Positions 30,893-40,353 of a DNA stretch of 64,000 nt are shown one piece after another. The notes below the pieces were generated by a model. The model ran no database searches and was not told the DNA's origin. It saw only the letters and a list, made by a program, of their open reading frames with translations. Position 1 is the stretch's first letter. The number at the start of each line of letters is the position of its first letter. Origin of the DNA: Collinsella aerofaciens (GTDB lineage: Bacteria; Actinomycetota; Coriobacteriia; Coriobacteriales; Coriobacteriaceae); the NCBI GenBank assembly GCA_048184855.1, contig DBEYYU010000069.1, forward strand, positions 4,264 to 68,263, read 5' to 3'. Made by a program: the position numbers and the translations under genes.

Positions 30893-31114
30893 ATGGCAGA
30901 ACACATGACCCCGGTTGTCGCGAAGGTCTTGCCCGAGGAAAAGGCGGCCTTCGCGGCGGCAACCCAGCTCGTGGGCACCACGCCGTCCAACGCCATCCGC
31001 ATGTTCATCGCCGCCTTCAATCGCTGCGGCACCTTTCCGTTCGACATTTCGCCCAACGGGGCCTTTGGTAAAGACTGTCCCCAACAACTAGTCGTTAAAG
31101 AACGTCCCCAATGA
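30893..31114 (+). CDS. RelB/DinJ-family antitoxin-like protein (no adjacent toxin gene)
   Basis: VVAKVLPEEKAAFAAATQLVGTTPSNAIRMFIAAFNRCGTFPFD fits the DinJ ribbon-helix-helix pattern. AAAGGAAG lies upstream of the ATG at 30893. Confidence 0.62.
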   Translation: MAEHMTPVVAKVLPEEKAAFAAATQLVGTTPSNAIRMFIAAFNRCGTFPFDISPNGAFGKDCPQQLVVKERPQ

Positions 31115-32049
31115 CTAGTCGTCGGGATGGGGCCGGCATGCTCAATGCGCTGGTTTGGGCGCTTGCCTGTTTTGGTGTTATTGCTGCTGATATTGCCCTG
31201 AGCATGGTTTTGTTCTCCGCGCTGGACATCGTGTCGGCGCTGACGGGTTTCCCGATCGACAACCTCGATATTCAATGGTTCCAGGCTGCCGCTCAGACGG
31301 CGTCGTTTTTGATGGCGCTGCTGTGGTGGCGCTATCTGTGGCCCCGCTCCTTCATGGCGCGCCGTCAAGACGAGCGCCCATTCGGCGGGGGAGCAAATGC
31401 TGCATGGAAGCGCATCGCCTGCGTTGTCGTGATCGGCCTATCCATGCAGGTGGTCATTAGCTACCTATGCGACGGCGTGCTGTCGCTGCTGCCCGAGGTC
31501 GCGGCAGACTATAGCGAGCTCGTCGAGGAAACTGGCATGGGCGATACCAGCCTTCTTGCCGTCCTGACCACGGTGCTCGGCGCGCCGTTTTGCGAAGAGC
31601 TCCTGGTACGCGGCATCATCTTTGAGTTTTCGCTGCGTGCGTTTAATCCACAGTGCCGTTCGCTCTGGAAGCGCCGGCGTCGTGCGCGGGCGCAAGACGC
31701 CGCCATGGTGCCCTGGGCGGCGCCGGACAAGCGGGGCGTCGCCGCGGCAATCGTGCTGCAGGCGGCGGTCTTCGGCTTTATGCACATGAACTGGGTGCAG
31801 GGCTGCTATGCGGGCGCTGCCGGCCTCATTTTTGGCTGGGTGTTCGTGACCACCGGAAAGCTCCGCTACACGATCCTGCTGCACTTTGCCTTTAATGCCG
31901 GGTCGTATCTCATGACGTTGCTCTGGTTTGTGAACACGCCGCTCGACGTGGCAATTACGGTCGCTATCGCCGGTGTCATCCTCGTTGAGGCAATGCGCTC
32001 GCTGCACCACGCGTGTGGGATGGACGCAGCGAGCGCACCGCTGCCCTAG
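31111..32049 (+). CDS. CPBP-family intramembrane glutamic endopeptidase (CAAX protease / Abi family)
   Basis: It has the motifs FCEELLVRG (EExxxR), FGFMHMN (FxxxH) and HFAFNAG (HxxxN) in a polytopic membrane protein. The start at 31111 overlaps the upstream stop (ATGA). The alternative start is 31138. Confidence 0.82.
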   Translation: MTSRRDGAGMLNALVWALACFGVIAADIALSMVLFSALDIVSALTGFPIDNLDIQWFQAAAQTASFLMALLWWRYLWPRSFMARRQDERPFGGGANAAWKRIACVVVIGLSMQVVISYLCDGVLSLLPEVAADYSELVEETGMGDTSLLAVLTTVLGAPFCEELLVRGIIFEFSLRAFNPQCRSLWKRRRRARAQDAAMVPWAAPDKRGVAAAIVLQAAVFGFMHMNWVQGCYAGAAGLIFGWVFVTTGKLRYTILLHFAFNAGSYLMTLLWFVNTPLDVAITVAIAGVILVEAMRSLHHACGMDAASAPLP

Positions 32050-34187
32050 TTGCGACGCCCGCCTCCGTTGGCGCCCTGTCGTCCCTGGGCCGCGCGGTTG
32101 CGGCCTGCGGTGTTTTGCGCGCGCGACATGCCGCCGTGGCCCTTGCTGCCCTTGGGCCCCTTGCCGGCGGCGCCACCGTGGGCCTTGCCGTCCTTCTTGC
32201 CGGTGCCGTGTCCGCCGCCGGCAGACGTCTCGCCCGGGCGCGGCGGCACGGGACGGATCAGGCAATGCTTGGTGTAGCCGATCAGGTCGCGACGGCCAGC
32301 CTTTTCCAGCGCCTCGCGTACCAGCTTGTAGTTCTCGGGCTTGCGATACTGGATGAGCGCGCGCTGCATGGCCTTCTCGTGCGGGTCGCGCGCCACATAG
32401 ATCGGTTTCATGGTGCGCGGGTCCACGCCGGTGTAGTACATGCACGTCGACATGGTGGACGGTGTGGGGTAGAAGTCCTGCACCTGCTCGGGCATGTAGC
32501 CCATGTCGCGCACGGCTTCGGCAAGGTCCACGGCTTCCTTCATCGTTGAACCGGGGTGGCTCGAGATAAGGTACGGCACCACGTACTGCTTGAGTCCGTA
32601 TTCGCGATTCAAGCGTTCAAATTTACGGCAGAATGCGTCGTAGACAGCTCGGCTCGGCTTGCCCATCACGGACAGTACCGCGTCGCTCACGTGCTCGGGC
32701 GCTACGCGCAGCTGGCCCGAGACATGGTGTTCCAGCAGCTCGCGTAAAAACTCGTCCGAGGCATCGGCCATGGTGTAGTCAAAACGGATGCCGCTGCGCA
32801 CGAAGACCTTCTTGACGCCCGGCAGCTGGCGCAGGTCGCGCAACAGCTGTGTGTAGCCGCTCTCGTCGACCACCATGTTCTTGCACACGCTCGGCCACAG
32901 GCAGCGCTTGTTCTTGCACACGCCGTGCTTGAGCTGCTTGTCGCAGGCGGGGCGGCTAAAGTTGGCCGTCGGTCCACCCACGTCGTTGATGTAGCCCTTA
33001 AACTCGGGATCGCGCGTGAGCAGCTCGGCCTCGCGCATGATCGAATCGTGGCTGCGCATCTGCAGTACGCGGCCCTGATGGAAGGTGAGCGCGCAAAACG
33101 AGCACTCGCCAAAACAGCCGCGGTTGGAGCTAATGGAAAACTTGATCTCGGCAAAGGCCGGCACGCCGCCTGCCGCGTCGTAGTCGGGATGCCAATCGCG
33201 TGCGTAGGGGAGTTCGGCAACCTCGTCCATCTCGTCGGTGGTGAGTGTTGCCGACGGCGGGTTCTGCACCACGTACACGCTGTTGGGATATGGCTCTACC
33301 AAGCGATGGCCGGTGATAGGGTCCATATTTTGCTGCTGCACGTTAAAGCTGCGGGCGTAGTTGAGCTTGTCGGCGGCAAGGTCGTCCCAGCTGGGCAGCA
33401 GGTCGTAGTCGTAGACCTCGTCGAGCGAACCCGTGCGGTAAACGGTGCCGTTGATATAGGTGATCTGATCGACGGGCAGCCCCGCGTCGAGCGCGTCGGC
33501 GATCTCGACAATCGCGTGCTCGCCCATGCCGTAGATGAGGATGTCGGCGCCCGAGTCGAGCAGCACCGAGCGCTTGAGCTTGTCCTGCCAGTAGTCGTAG
33601 TGGGCCAGGCGACGCAGGCTCGCCTCGATGCCGCCGATAATGATGGGGGCGTCCTTGAACGTCTGACGGATGAGATTGCCGTAGACCGTGACGGCACGGT
33701 TGGGGCGGTGACCTTCCTCGCCGCCGGGGGTATAGGCGTCGGTGTGGCGGCGGTGCTTGGTCACCGAATAGTGGTTGACCATGGAGTCCATGTTGCCGGC
33801 ACTGACGAGAAAGCCTAGGCGCGGCTCGCCGAGCACGGTGATGCTGGCGGGGTCGGTCCAGTCGGGTTGGCAGATGATGCCCACTTTGTAGCCGTGCGCG
33901 TCGAGGACGCGGCTGATGATGGCCATGCCAAAGCTGGGATGGTCCACGTAGGCGTCGCCGCAGATGTAGACAAAGTCGCACTGGTCCCAGCCGCGTGCAT
34001 CCATGTCGGCTCGACTGACGGGGAGGAATTTATCGCGGCTCGGACGCCAGGGGCGGACGGGCGTCGCTTGGGAATGCTTGGTGCGGGCGACCGTGGCCTG
34101 CGCCTTGCCGCCGCGCTTTTGCTGCTGGCCCTGTTTGCCCTGCTGACTGCGCTGGTTGTTCTGAGCGTGCTGAGGCTTTTTTGCCAC
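32046..34187 (-). CDS. ygiQ: YgiQ-family radical SAM protein (UPF0313)
   Basis: FVYICGDAYVDHPSFGMAIISRVL and CFGECSFCALTFHQG (radical SAM CxxxCxxC) are present. There are basic low-complexity N- and C-terminal tails. A GTG at 34187 is preceded by GGGAGGGA. The track ORF extends to 34367. Confidence 0.87.
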   Translation of the reverse strand: MAKKPQHAQNNQRSQQGKQGQQQKRGGKAQATVARTKHSQATPVRPWRPSRDKFLPVSRADMDARGWDQCDFVYICGDAYVDHPSFGMAIISRVLDAHGYKVGIICQPDWTDPASITVLGEPRLGFLVSAGNMDSMVNHYSVTKHRRHTDAYTPGGEEGHRPNRAVTVYGNLIRQTFKDAPIIIGGIEASLRRLAHYDYWQDKLKRSVLLDSGADILIYGMGEHAIVEIADALDAGLPVDQITYINGTVYRTGSLDEVYDYDLLPSWDDLAADKLNYARSFNVQQQNMDPITGHRLVEPYPNSVYVVQNPPSATLTTDEMDEVAELPYARDWHPDYDAAGGVPAFAEIKFSISSNRGCFGECSFCALTFHQGRVLQMRSHDSIMREAELLTRDPEFKGYINDVGGPTANFSRPACDKQLKHGVCKNKRCLWPSVCKNMVVDESGYTQLLRDLRQLPGVKKVFVRSGIRFDYTMADASDEFLRELLEHHVSGQLRVAPEHVSDAVLSVMGKPSRAVYDAFCRKFERLNREYGLKQYVVPYLISSHPGSTMKEAVDLAEAVRDMGYMPEQVQDFYPTPSTMSTCMYYTGVDPRTMKPIYVARDPHEKAMQRALIQYRKPENYKLVREALEKAGRRDLIGYTKHCLIRPVPPRPGETSAGGGHGTGKKDGKAHGGAAGKGPKGSKGHGGMSRAQNTAGRNRAAQGRQGANGGGRRN

Positions 34188-34224
34188 GATCCCTCCCGGT
34201 GTTTGTATGCTGCACGTAATTGTA

Positions 34225-34259
34225 ACCAGTCTTTTTGGGACGGGGCTAAAAAGACTGGT
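34225..34259. repeat. 12-bp perfect hairpin with the conserved loop GGGACGGGGCT
   Basis: ACCAGTCTTTTT-GGGACGGGGCT-AAAAAGACTGGT lies in the ygiQ/yoaK divergent intergenic region. The same TTTGGGACGGGGCTA core is the loop of the hairpins at 54123-54160 and 54214-54251. Confidence 0.75.
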
Positions 34260-34449
34260 GGAGTACATGGGCTGGCGGACCGGCGTGTCGATGCGGGTGC
34301 TGTACCCGCCGTTTGTTTCCAGACTGTGTATCTGCGCGTTGGAGAACCCGTCTCGCGCGCACGCCATGTTGTCAATGGGTTACAGTATGAACGGCGGCTA
34401 TGTTTCCGCCAACGCACGAGAGAGTCGTCAACAAGGAGGATGCACGACG

Positions 34450-35166
34450 ATGCAGCGTGCCAAACAGATATCGGAGTCCATCGAACTGGGCATTATCCTG
34501 GCGCTCGCCGGTGGCTTTATGGACGTGTATTCGTACATTGGGCGCGACCATGTTTTCGCCAACGCGCAGACAGGCAACATCCTGCTCGTGGGCGTGAGCA
34601 TCTCGGAGGGCAACTGGGCACTTGCGGAGCGCTACTTCTTCCCTGTGGTGTCGTTTGCCGTGGGTATTATGCTTGCCGATCTGGTACACGAGCGGTTTGG
34701 CAGCGTGATCCACTGGCGTCAGGTGACGGTGTTCTTTGAAGCCGTCATCTTACTGGGCGTGAGCTTTATCCCGGGCGGCAATTTCAACCTGCTCGCCAAC
34801 TGCCTCACCTCGTTTGCCTGCGGCATGCAGGTCGAGAGCTTCCGCAAGATCCACGGTCACGGCATCGCTACGACCATGTGCATCGGCAACTTGCGCAACG
34901 CGCTGCAAAACGTGGACGATTACATCATCACCCACAGGCGCGGCTTTTTGGAAAACGGCCTGCTGTACTTTGGCGTGATCTTTACCTTTGTGTTTGGCGC
35001 CGTGTTGGGCAACTGGTGTATTGAGCGCATGGGCCTGCACGCCATCGTCGTGGCGAGCTTGCTGCTGTTTGTCGCGTTTGCCATCATGTTCATCGACCGC
35101 GAGCGCGACTTGCGCTTACGCTGGAAGGTTGCGGCCGAGGCTTGGAAAGAGGGCTGCCGAAAGTAA
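34450..35166 (+). CDS. YoaK-family (DUF1275) membrane protein
   Basis: GGFMDVYSYIGRDHVFANAQTGNILL is present, with further TM segments. AAGGAGGA lies 10 nt upstream of the ATG at 34450. Confidence 0.75.
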   Translation: MQRAKQISESIELGIILALAGGFMDVYSYIGRDHVFANAQTGNILLVGVSISEGNWALAERYFFPVVSFAVGIMLADLVHERFGSVIHWRQVTVFFEAVILLGVSFIPGGNFNLLANCLTSFACGMQVESFRKIHGHGIATTMCIGNLRNALQNVDDYIITHRRGFLENGLLYFGVIFTFVFGAVLGNWCIERMGLHAIVVASLLLFVAFAIMFIDRERDLRLRWKVAAEAWKEGCRK

Positions 35167-35171
35167 CCGAA

Positions 35172-35208
35172 TGCGGCAAAGGGGCTGTCCCTTTGCCGCA
35201 ATGTTTTT
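35172..35208 (+). terminator. intrinsic terminator
   Basis: TGCGGCAAAGGG-gctgt-CCCTTTGCCGCA followed by ATGTTTTT, 6 nt after the stop codon. Confidence 0.75.
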
Positions 35209-35331
35209 CATCATCTGTTGAAACGCTTTAACAATTTTGACGTTCTCACGCGTTTTTCGTTTCAAAAGCGTTAGGATGGGAGTCATAGCGTGGGGCGTAA
35301 TGGGTGCCCCGCACACGATGGGAGGCTATCA

Positions 35332-36498
35332 ATGGCTAATCGTTTCGTTCTCAATACCATCTCTTATCATGGTTCCGGCGCCATCAAGGAGATCCCCGGC
35401 GAGCTCCAGCGTCGCGGCTACAAGAAGATCTTCGTCTGCTCCGACCCCGATCTGGTCAAGTTTGGCGTTACCGCTAAGGTGACCGACGAGCTCGACGCCG
35501 CCGGCATCGCTTGGAGCCTCTACTCCGAGATCAAGCCCAACCCCACCATCCAGAACGTCAAGGACGGCGTCGAGGCCTTCAAGGCCGCCGAGGCTGACGC
35601 TATCGTGACCATCGGTGGCGGCTCCTCCATGGACACCGCTAAGGCCATCGGCATCATCATCAACAACCCCGAGTTCGCCGATGTCCGCAGCCTCGAGGGC
35701 GTTGCTCCCACTAAGAACCACGCCGTGTTCACCATCGCCGTGCCGACGACTGCCGGTACCGCCGCCGAGGTGACCATCAACTACGTCATCACCGACCCCG
35801 AGAAGGTCCGCAAGTTCGTGTGCGTCGACACCAACGACGCCCCCGAGGTCGCCGTCGTCGACCCCGACATGATGGCCTCCATGCCTGCCGGCCTGACCGC
35901 TTCCACTGGTATGGACGCTCTGACCCACGCCATCGAGGGCTACACCACCAAGGGTGCCTGGGAGCTCTCTGACATGTTCCACTTTGAGGCTATTAAGCTG
36001 ATCAGCGAGAACCTGCGTGACTCCGTCGCCGAGGCCAAGTCCGGCCAGCCCGGCTCCGGCCGCGAGGGCATGGCCCTTGGCCAGTATGTCGCCGGCATGG
36101 GCTTCTCCAACGTTGGCCTGGGCATCGACCACGCCATGGCTCACACCCTGTCCGCTCACTACGACACCCCGCACGGCGTCGCTTGCGCCATGCTGCTACC
36201 GATCGCCATGGAGTTCAACAAGCCGGTTTGCGCCGAGCGCTTGGCCAAGGTTGCCGTTGCCATGGGCGTTGACACCACGGGCATGAGCACCGACGAGGCT
36301 GCCGATGCTGCTATCGCCGCCGTCAAGCAGCTCTCTGCCGACGTGAATATCCCGCACGTCTGCGAGGCCATGAAGGCTGACGAGATCGAGGTTCTGGCCA
36401 AGGACGCCATGGCCGACGCTTGCTTCCCGGGTAACCCGCGCGAGGCGACGCTCGACGACGTCATCGAGCTCTTCAAGAAGATCTGCCCGGCTGCCTAA
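35332..36498 (+). CDS. fucO: iron-containing alcohol dehydrogenase, lactaldehyde reductase (1,2-propanediol oxidoreductase) type
   Basis: It is collinear with E. coli FucO as I recall it (MANRF.LN..., NPEFADVRSLEG, PTTAGTAAEVTINYVITD, MALGQYVAGMGFSNVGLG, GNPREATL.D..EL). GGGAGG lies upstream of the ATG at 35332. Confidence 0.9.
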   Translation: MANRFVLNTISYHGSGAIKEIPGELQRRGYKKIFVCSDPDLVKFGVTAKVTDELDAAGIAWSLYSEIKPNPTIQNVKDGVEAFKAAEADAIVTIGGGSSMDTAKAIGIIINNPEFADVRSLEGVAPTKNHAVFTIAVPTTAGTAAEVTINYVITDPEKVRKFVCVDTNDAPEVAVVDPDMMASMPAGLTASTGMDALTHAIEGYTTKGAWELSDMFHFEAIKLISENLRDSVAEAKSGQPGSGREGMALGQYVAGMGFSNVGLGIDHAMAHTLSAHYDTPHGVACAMLLPIAMEFNKPVCAERLAKVAVAMGVDTTGMSTDEAADAAIAAVKQLSADVNIPHVCEAMKADEIEVLAKDAMADACFPGNPREATLDDVIELFKKICPAA

Positions 36499-36645
36499 CT
36501 TGGTTCGGCGGGCCCCTGCCCGTTATCGTGGCGGGCGCAGTTCTGGGGAGCTCGGTGGGTCGTCTCGCTAGGTAAAAAGATGGTTCGCGGTGGTATTGTT
36601 GCTGTGGGTTTAATTCGAGATGAAAGGGTGACTTTGGTGTCCAAG

Positions 36646-37665
36646 ATGGATTCTACGCTCTCCTATATTACTGACCAGTTGAAGGCGCTTACCTCGATTG
36701 CTTCGCCTACCGGCTATACCCGTGCGGCGACTGATTATCTAATGGAAACGTTGCGCGATATGGGCTTTGGCCCTGAGCGTTCCAATAAGGGCAACGTGCT
36801 GGTCGAGCTTGGCGGCGAGGGCGAGCCGCTCGTGTTGGCGAGCCATGTCGATACTCTGGGCGCCATGGTACGCTCCATTAAGGACAATGGTCGCCTGCGC
36901 CCCACGACCCTCGGCGGGCACCAGTGGTCCACGGCCGATGGCGAGAACTGCACCGTTTATACGCGCGATGGCAATGTCTACACGGGCGTGGTCCTCAATA
37001 CCGAGCCTTCGGCGCACGTGGCCGATGAGCCGGTCAAGACCATCGAGAAGAACATGGAAATCCTGCTCGACGAGAACGTTGACAGCAAGGACGATGTGCT
37101 CGAGCTGGGTATTCAAACTGGCGACATCATCGCTATGGATCCGCGCACCACGGTGACGGAGAGCGGCTACATCAAGAGTCGCTTCCTTGACGACAAACTG
37201 TCCGCGTCGATTCTGCTGGGTTTGGCCCGCGCCGTCGCCGAAGGCGAGGTGACGCTTTCGCGCAAGGTGTCGCTGCTCTTTACGGTGTACGAGGAGGTCG
37301 GCCACGGCGGCGCCTTCGTGCCGGCCGACACGCGCGAGATGATTAGCGTGGACATGGGTTGCGTGGGCGATGATCTGGGCTGCACCGAGCGCATGGTTTC
37401 GATTTGCGCCAAGGATTCGGGCGGTCCGTACAACTACGACCTGGTAACCACGCTGTCCAATATCGCGCGCGAGCTGGAGCTCGATTACGCCATCGACGTG
37501 TACCCGCATTACGGCTCCGACGTCGAGGCCACGCTCTCGGCCGGCTACGACATTCGTCACGGCCTGATTGGCCCCGGCGTGTACGCGAGCCACAACTACG
37601 AGCGCAGCCACATCGACGGTGTGCGCAACACCTTCGAGCTCGTTCGCGCCTACGTACAGCGCTAG
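36646..37665 (+). CDS. M42-family metallopeptidase (glutamyl aminopeptidase / FrvX-YsdC like)
   Basis: SPTGYT, ASHVDTLG, FLDDKLS, VYEEVGHGGA and GPGVYASHNYER fit the M42 pattern. Confidence 0.85.
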   Translation: MDSTLSYITDQLKALTSIASPTGYTRAATDYLMETLRDMGFGPERSNKGNVLVELGGEGEPLVLASHVDTLGAMVRSIKDNGRLRPTTLGGHQWSTADGENCTVYTRDGNVYTGVVLNTEPSAHVADEPVKTIEKNMEILLDENVDSKDDVLELGIQTGDIIAMDPRTTVTESGYIKSRFLDDKLSASILLGLARAVAEGEVTLSRKVSLLFTVYEEVGHGGAFVPADTREMISVDMGCVGDDLGCTERMVSICAKDSGGPYNYDLVTTLSNIARELELDYAIDVYPHYGSDVEATLSAGYDIRHGLIGPGVYASHNYERSHIDGVRNTFELVRAYVQR

Positions 37666-37698
37666 GGGAGCAGCTTGCGACTCGGCTGACCATCGCTA

Positions 37699-37724
37699 AG
37701 GCCCGATTGCTCGGGCCTTTTTTC
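37699..37724 (+). terminator. intrinsic terminator
   Basis: AGGCCCGA-ttgc-TCGGGCCT followed by TTTTTT. Confidence 0.8.
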
Positions 37725-37790
37725 GCTTCAGTCTGTTTAGTATTATGATATATGTAATCTATTAACTAAACGAGTAAATTACTTAACGAG

Positions 37791-39176
37791 GTGATGCGGC
37801 ATATGAATACATCTGAGTACTTGTCTATGGGTGATGCGGCCCGCCTGCTGGGCGTTACAAAAGCCCGCATATCGCAACTTGCCGCATCGGGGACGCTTGC
37901 GTGCGATATTGTGGGCGGCCGGAAGATGGTCGAGTACAATTCTGCGATCGCCTATCAAAAGGTCCGCAAACGAGGGCGCCGTCCTGCAGCCGATGTGGGA
38001 CGCAAGTTTACGCTGATGTCGGCCGACCATGAGGTCGCGCATGTCTCATTTGATCCGACGCGCGAGTTTCCCTTCGAAATCGCCGAGGTCCTCGATATGC
38101 AACGAATGCCGTTTGGCACGTGCTCGAGCTCTTCTCCAACGGTGAATAAGCGGGAGCTCAACGCGTGGTGGGGGCATCGATCGGTGCCTGACGTCCGCCC
38201 CGGGCTCGTCTCGCGCTATCGTGAACTGGGAATTGCCCGTGGCATCGAGGTTCCGGTTCGGTGCCTGGGCCTATCACTTTCGGATTGTTATTGGCTGCGA
38301 CCGGCAGAATGCGACGGGCTCGAATGGCGAAACCTCAATTACTTTGAGAACGATTTTGAGCGATCGGCGCCCGAAGAGCGTTCGGGTTGGCTGGAAGGCA
38401 TCGGTCTTAAAAATCCGGATAACACGTCCGAGGGAGAGCTTCCTAAATCGTGGATGATCCGAAACGGCGCTCGTGTTCTGGTCAAGGGATGTGGCGTGGA
38501 CGATCAGCGTCCCTTTAACGAGGCGGTTGCAACGGCTCTACATCGTCGCTTGCTGTCGGAGGGCGAGTTTGTTCCTTATACGGTTGAGCGGATGTTCAAT
38601 GGCCCCGTGTGCCTGTGCGAGGATTTTCTTGACGGCCGCGAGGAATACGTTCCGGCTGTTTACGTTAAGGGTGCACTTGGTAGCCAGCGGGGAAACTCGA
38701 CATACGATCGATACTGTCGCTACCTTGGCAAGCATGGTGCCGATGAGGCCGCTGTGAGAAGGTCTATGTCGCAGATGATCGTTTGCGACGCCCTTTTGGC
38801 CAACAGCGATCGCCATTGGCGAAACTTCGGCATCATCCGCAATGTCGATACCTTGGAGATAAGGCATGCACCGCTGTTCGATAGCGGCAACTGTCTGTGG
38901 TATAACGTGCCAACTGCTGTGCTCGCAGCTGGGGAGTTTGGGTTTTCCGCTAAGCCGTTTGGGCCCAATCCTTCCGTCCAGCTGGCGCTTGCGGACTCAC
39001 TCGATTGGTTCGACTCATCGCGACTCGACGGATTTGTTGATGAGGCGATCGAGATTCTTTCGCAGAGCAAATGGGCCACGGCAGAGGGTCGGCTCGAGTC
39101 CATTCGCCGCGGCCTGGAGCGTCGCGTTATCGAGGTGAATGCCGCTGCTGAAGTGCTTCGACACGTGCGGCGATAA
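37791..39176 (+). CDS. HipA-homologous Ser/Thr kinase with an N-terminal helix-turn-helix domain (YjjJ/HipH-like, monocistronic)
   Basis: The N-terminus (MGDAARLLGVTKARISQLAASG) is an HTH. The C-terminus (CDALLANSDRHWRNFGII...HAPLFDSGNCLW) matches the HipA_C catalytic region. Alternative starts are 37794 and 37803. An AT-rich upstream region is present. Confidence 0.8.
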   Translation: MMRHMNTSEYLSMGDAARLLGVTKARISQLAASGTLACDIVGGRKMVEYNSAIAYQKVRKRGRRPAADVGRKFTLMSADHEVAHVSFDPTREFPFEIAEVLDMQRMPFGTCSSSSPTVNKRELNAWWGHRSVPDVRPGLVSRYRELGIARGIEVPVRCLGLSLSDCYWLRPAECDGLEWRNLNYFENDFERSAPEERSGWLEGIGLKNPDNTSEGELPKSWMIRNGARVLVKGCGVDDQRPFNEAVATALHRRLLSEGEFVPYTVERMFNGPVCLCEDFLDGREEYVPAVYVKGALGSQRGNSTYDRYCRYLGKHGADEAAVRRSMSQMIVCDALLANSDRHWRNFGIIRNVDTLEIRHAPLFDSGNCLWYNVPTAVLAAGEFGFSAKPFGPNPSVQLALADSLDWFDSSRLDGFVDEAIEILSQSKWATAEGRLESIRRGLERRVIEVNAAAEVLRHVRR

Positions 39177-39184
39177 TCTTGCAG

Positions 39185-40285
39185 CTATTTGATGGCGCCG
39201 GTTACGGTGCCGCCGCCGAGGACGATGTCGCCACGGTAGACTACAACGGCCTGGCCGGGGGCGATGGCTCGTTGCGGCTCGTCAAAAGTTAGCAGCATTT
39301 GCCCATCTTCGCCACGCGTAAGGGTCGCTGCCTGGTCTTTCTGACGGTAGCGGTACTTGGCACCCACGCGAATGCCGCCGGCATCCAGCTCGGCCTCCAT
39401 GCGCTCTGCCGGCGCGCTCCAAATCCAGTCGTTGGCCGCGAGCGCTGTGGCAGCCAGGTCCTCGGCTTCGCCCAGATGTACGGTGTTGCTGGCGGCGTCG
39501 ACGCCCGTTACGTACACGGGATGCGCCATCGCGACGCCCAGGCCCTTGCGCTGGCCGATGGTATAGCGCAGCGTGCCGTTGTGGCGTCCGACCACGCTGC
39601 CGTCGCGCCATACGATATCGCCCGGCGTAGTGGGATGTCCGCACCGACGCTCGATATAGCCCGCGTAGTCGCCGTCCGCGATAAAGCAGATATCCTCGCT
39701 CTCGGCCTTCTTGGCGTTGATGAAGCCCTGCTCGGCGGCAATGCGGCGCACGTCGCGCTCTTTGTCCAGCCCAGCCAGCGGAAAGATCGTGTGCGCCAGG
39801 CGTTCCTGCGTGAGCGAATACAAAAAGTAGCTCTGGTCCTTCTTGGGGTCCTCGCCGCGATGCAGCTGCCAGGTGCCGTCGGACGCCTGGCTCGTTTTGG
39901 CGTAGTGACCTGTGGCGATGTAGTCGCAGCCCATATCGAGCGCCGCATCGAGCAGCGCGCCAAACTTAATATGTCGGTTGCAGATGATGCACGGATTGGG
40001 CGTCAGTCCCTCCTGGTAGGCGGTCACGAAGCGCTCGATAACATTGCGGTCGAAGGTCTGCTGCAGGTCGAGCACATGGTGGGGTATCCCCAGGCGCTCG
40101 GCGACAGCCTTTGCATCGGCGATGTCGCGGTCGACCTTACTCATGCCCGTGACGGGATCGGGCGCGGGGCAGGTGAGGCGCATGGTGGCGCCGACGCATT
40201 CGTAGCCCTGGCACTTGAGCAGGTACGCGGTCACACTGGAATCGACGCCGCCACTCATGGCGACGAGCACGCGCTTGTTGTGCAT
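39185..40285 (-). CDS. mnmA: tRNA 2-thiouridine(34) synthase
   Basis: It has the PP-loop VLVAMSGGVDSSV, then NPCIICNRHIKFG and SYFLY. AAGGAGAA lies upstream of the ATG at 40285. The longer track ORF (to 40831) overlaps cysK out of frame. Confidence 0.93.
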   Translation of the reverse strand: MHNKRVLVAMSGGVDSSVTAYLLKCQGYECVGATMRLTCPAPDPVTGMSKVDRDIADAKAVAERLGIPHHVLDLQQTFDRNVIERFVTAYQEGLTPNPCIICNRHIKFGALLDAALDMGCDYIATGHYAKTSQASDGTWQLHRGEDPKKDQSYFLYSLTQERLAHTIFPLAGLDKERDVRRIAAEQGFINAKKAESEDICFIADGDYAGYIERRCGHPTTPGDIVWRDGSVVGRHNGTLRYTIGQRKGLGVAMAHPVYVTGVDAASNTVHLGEAEDLAATALAANDWIWSAPAERMEAELDAGGIRVGAKYRYRQKDQAATLTRGEDGQMLLTFDEPQRAIAPGQAVVVYRGDIVLGGGTVTGAIK

Positions 40286-40314
40286 GGGGAGGTTCTCCTT
40301 GGTGGCATGTGGCC

Positions 40315-40353
40315 AAAAAAGAAAAGCGGCGCGGGAGGCTGGTTCCGCGCCGC
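40315..40353 (-). terminator. intrinsic terminator downstream of cysK
   Basis: On the minus strand: GCGGCGCGG-aaccagcctc-CCGCGCCGC followed by TTTTCTTTTTT. It lies only about 30 nt upstream of the mnmA start. Confidence 0.75.
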
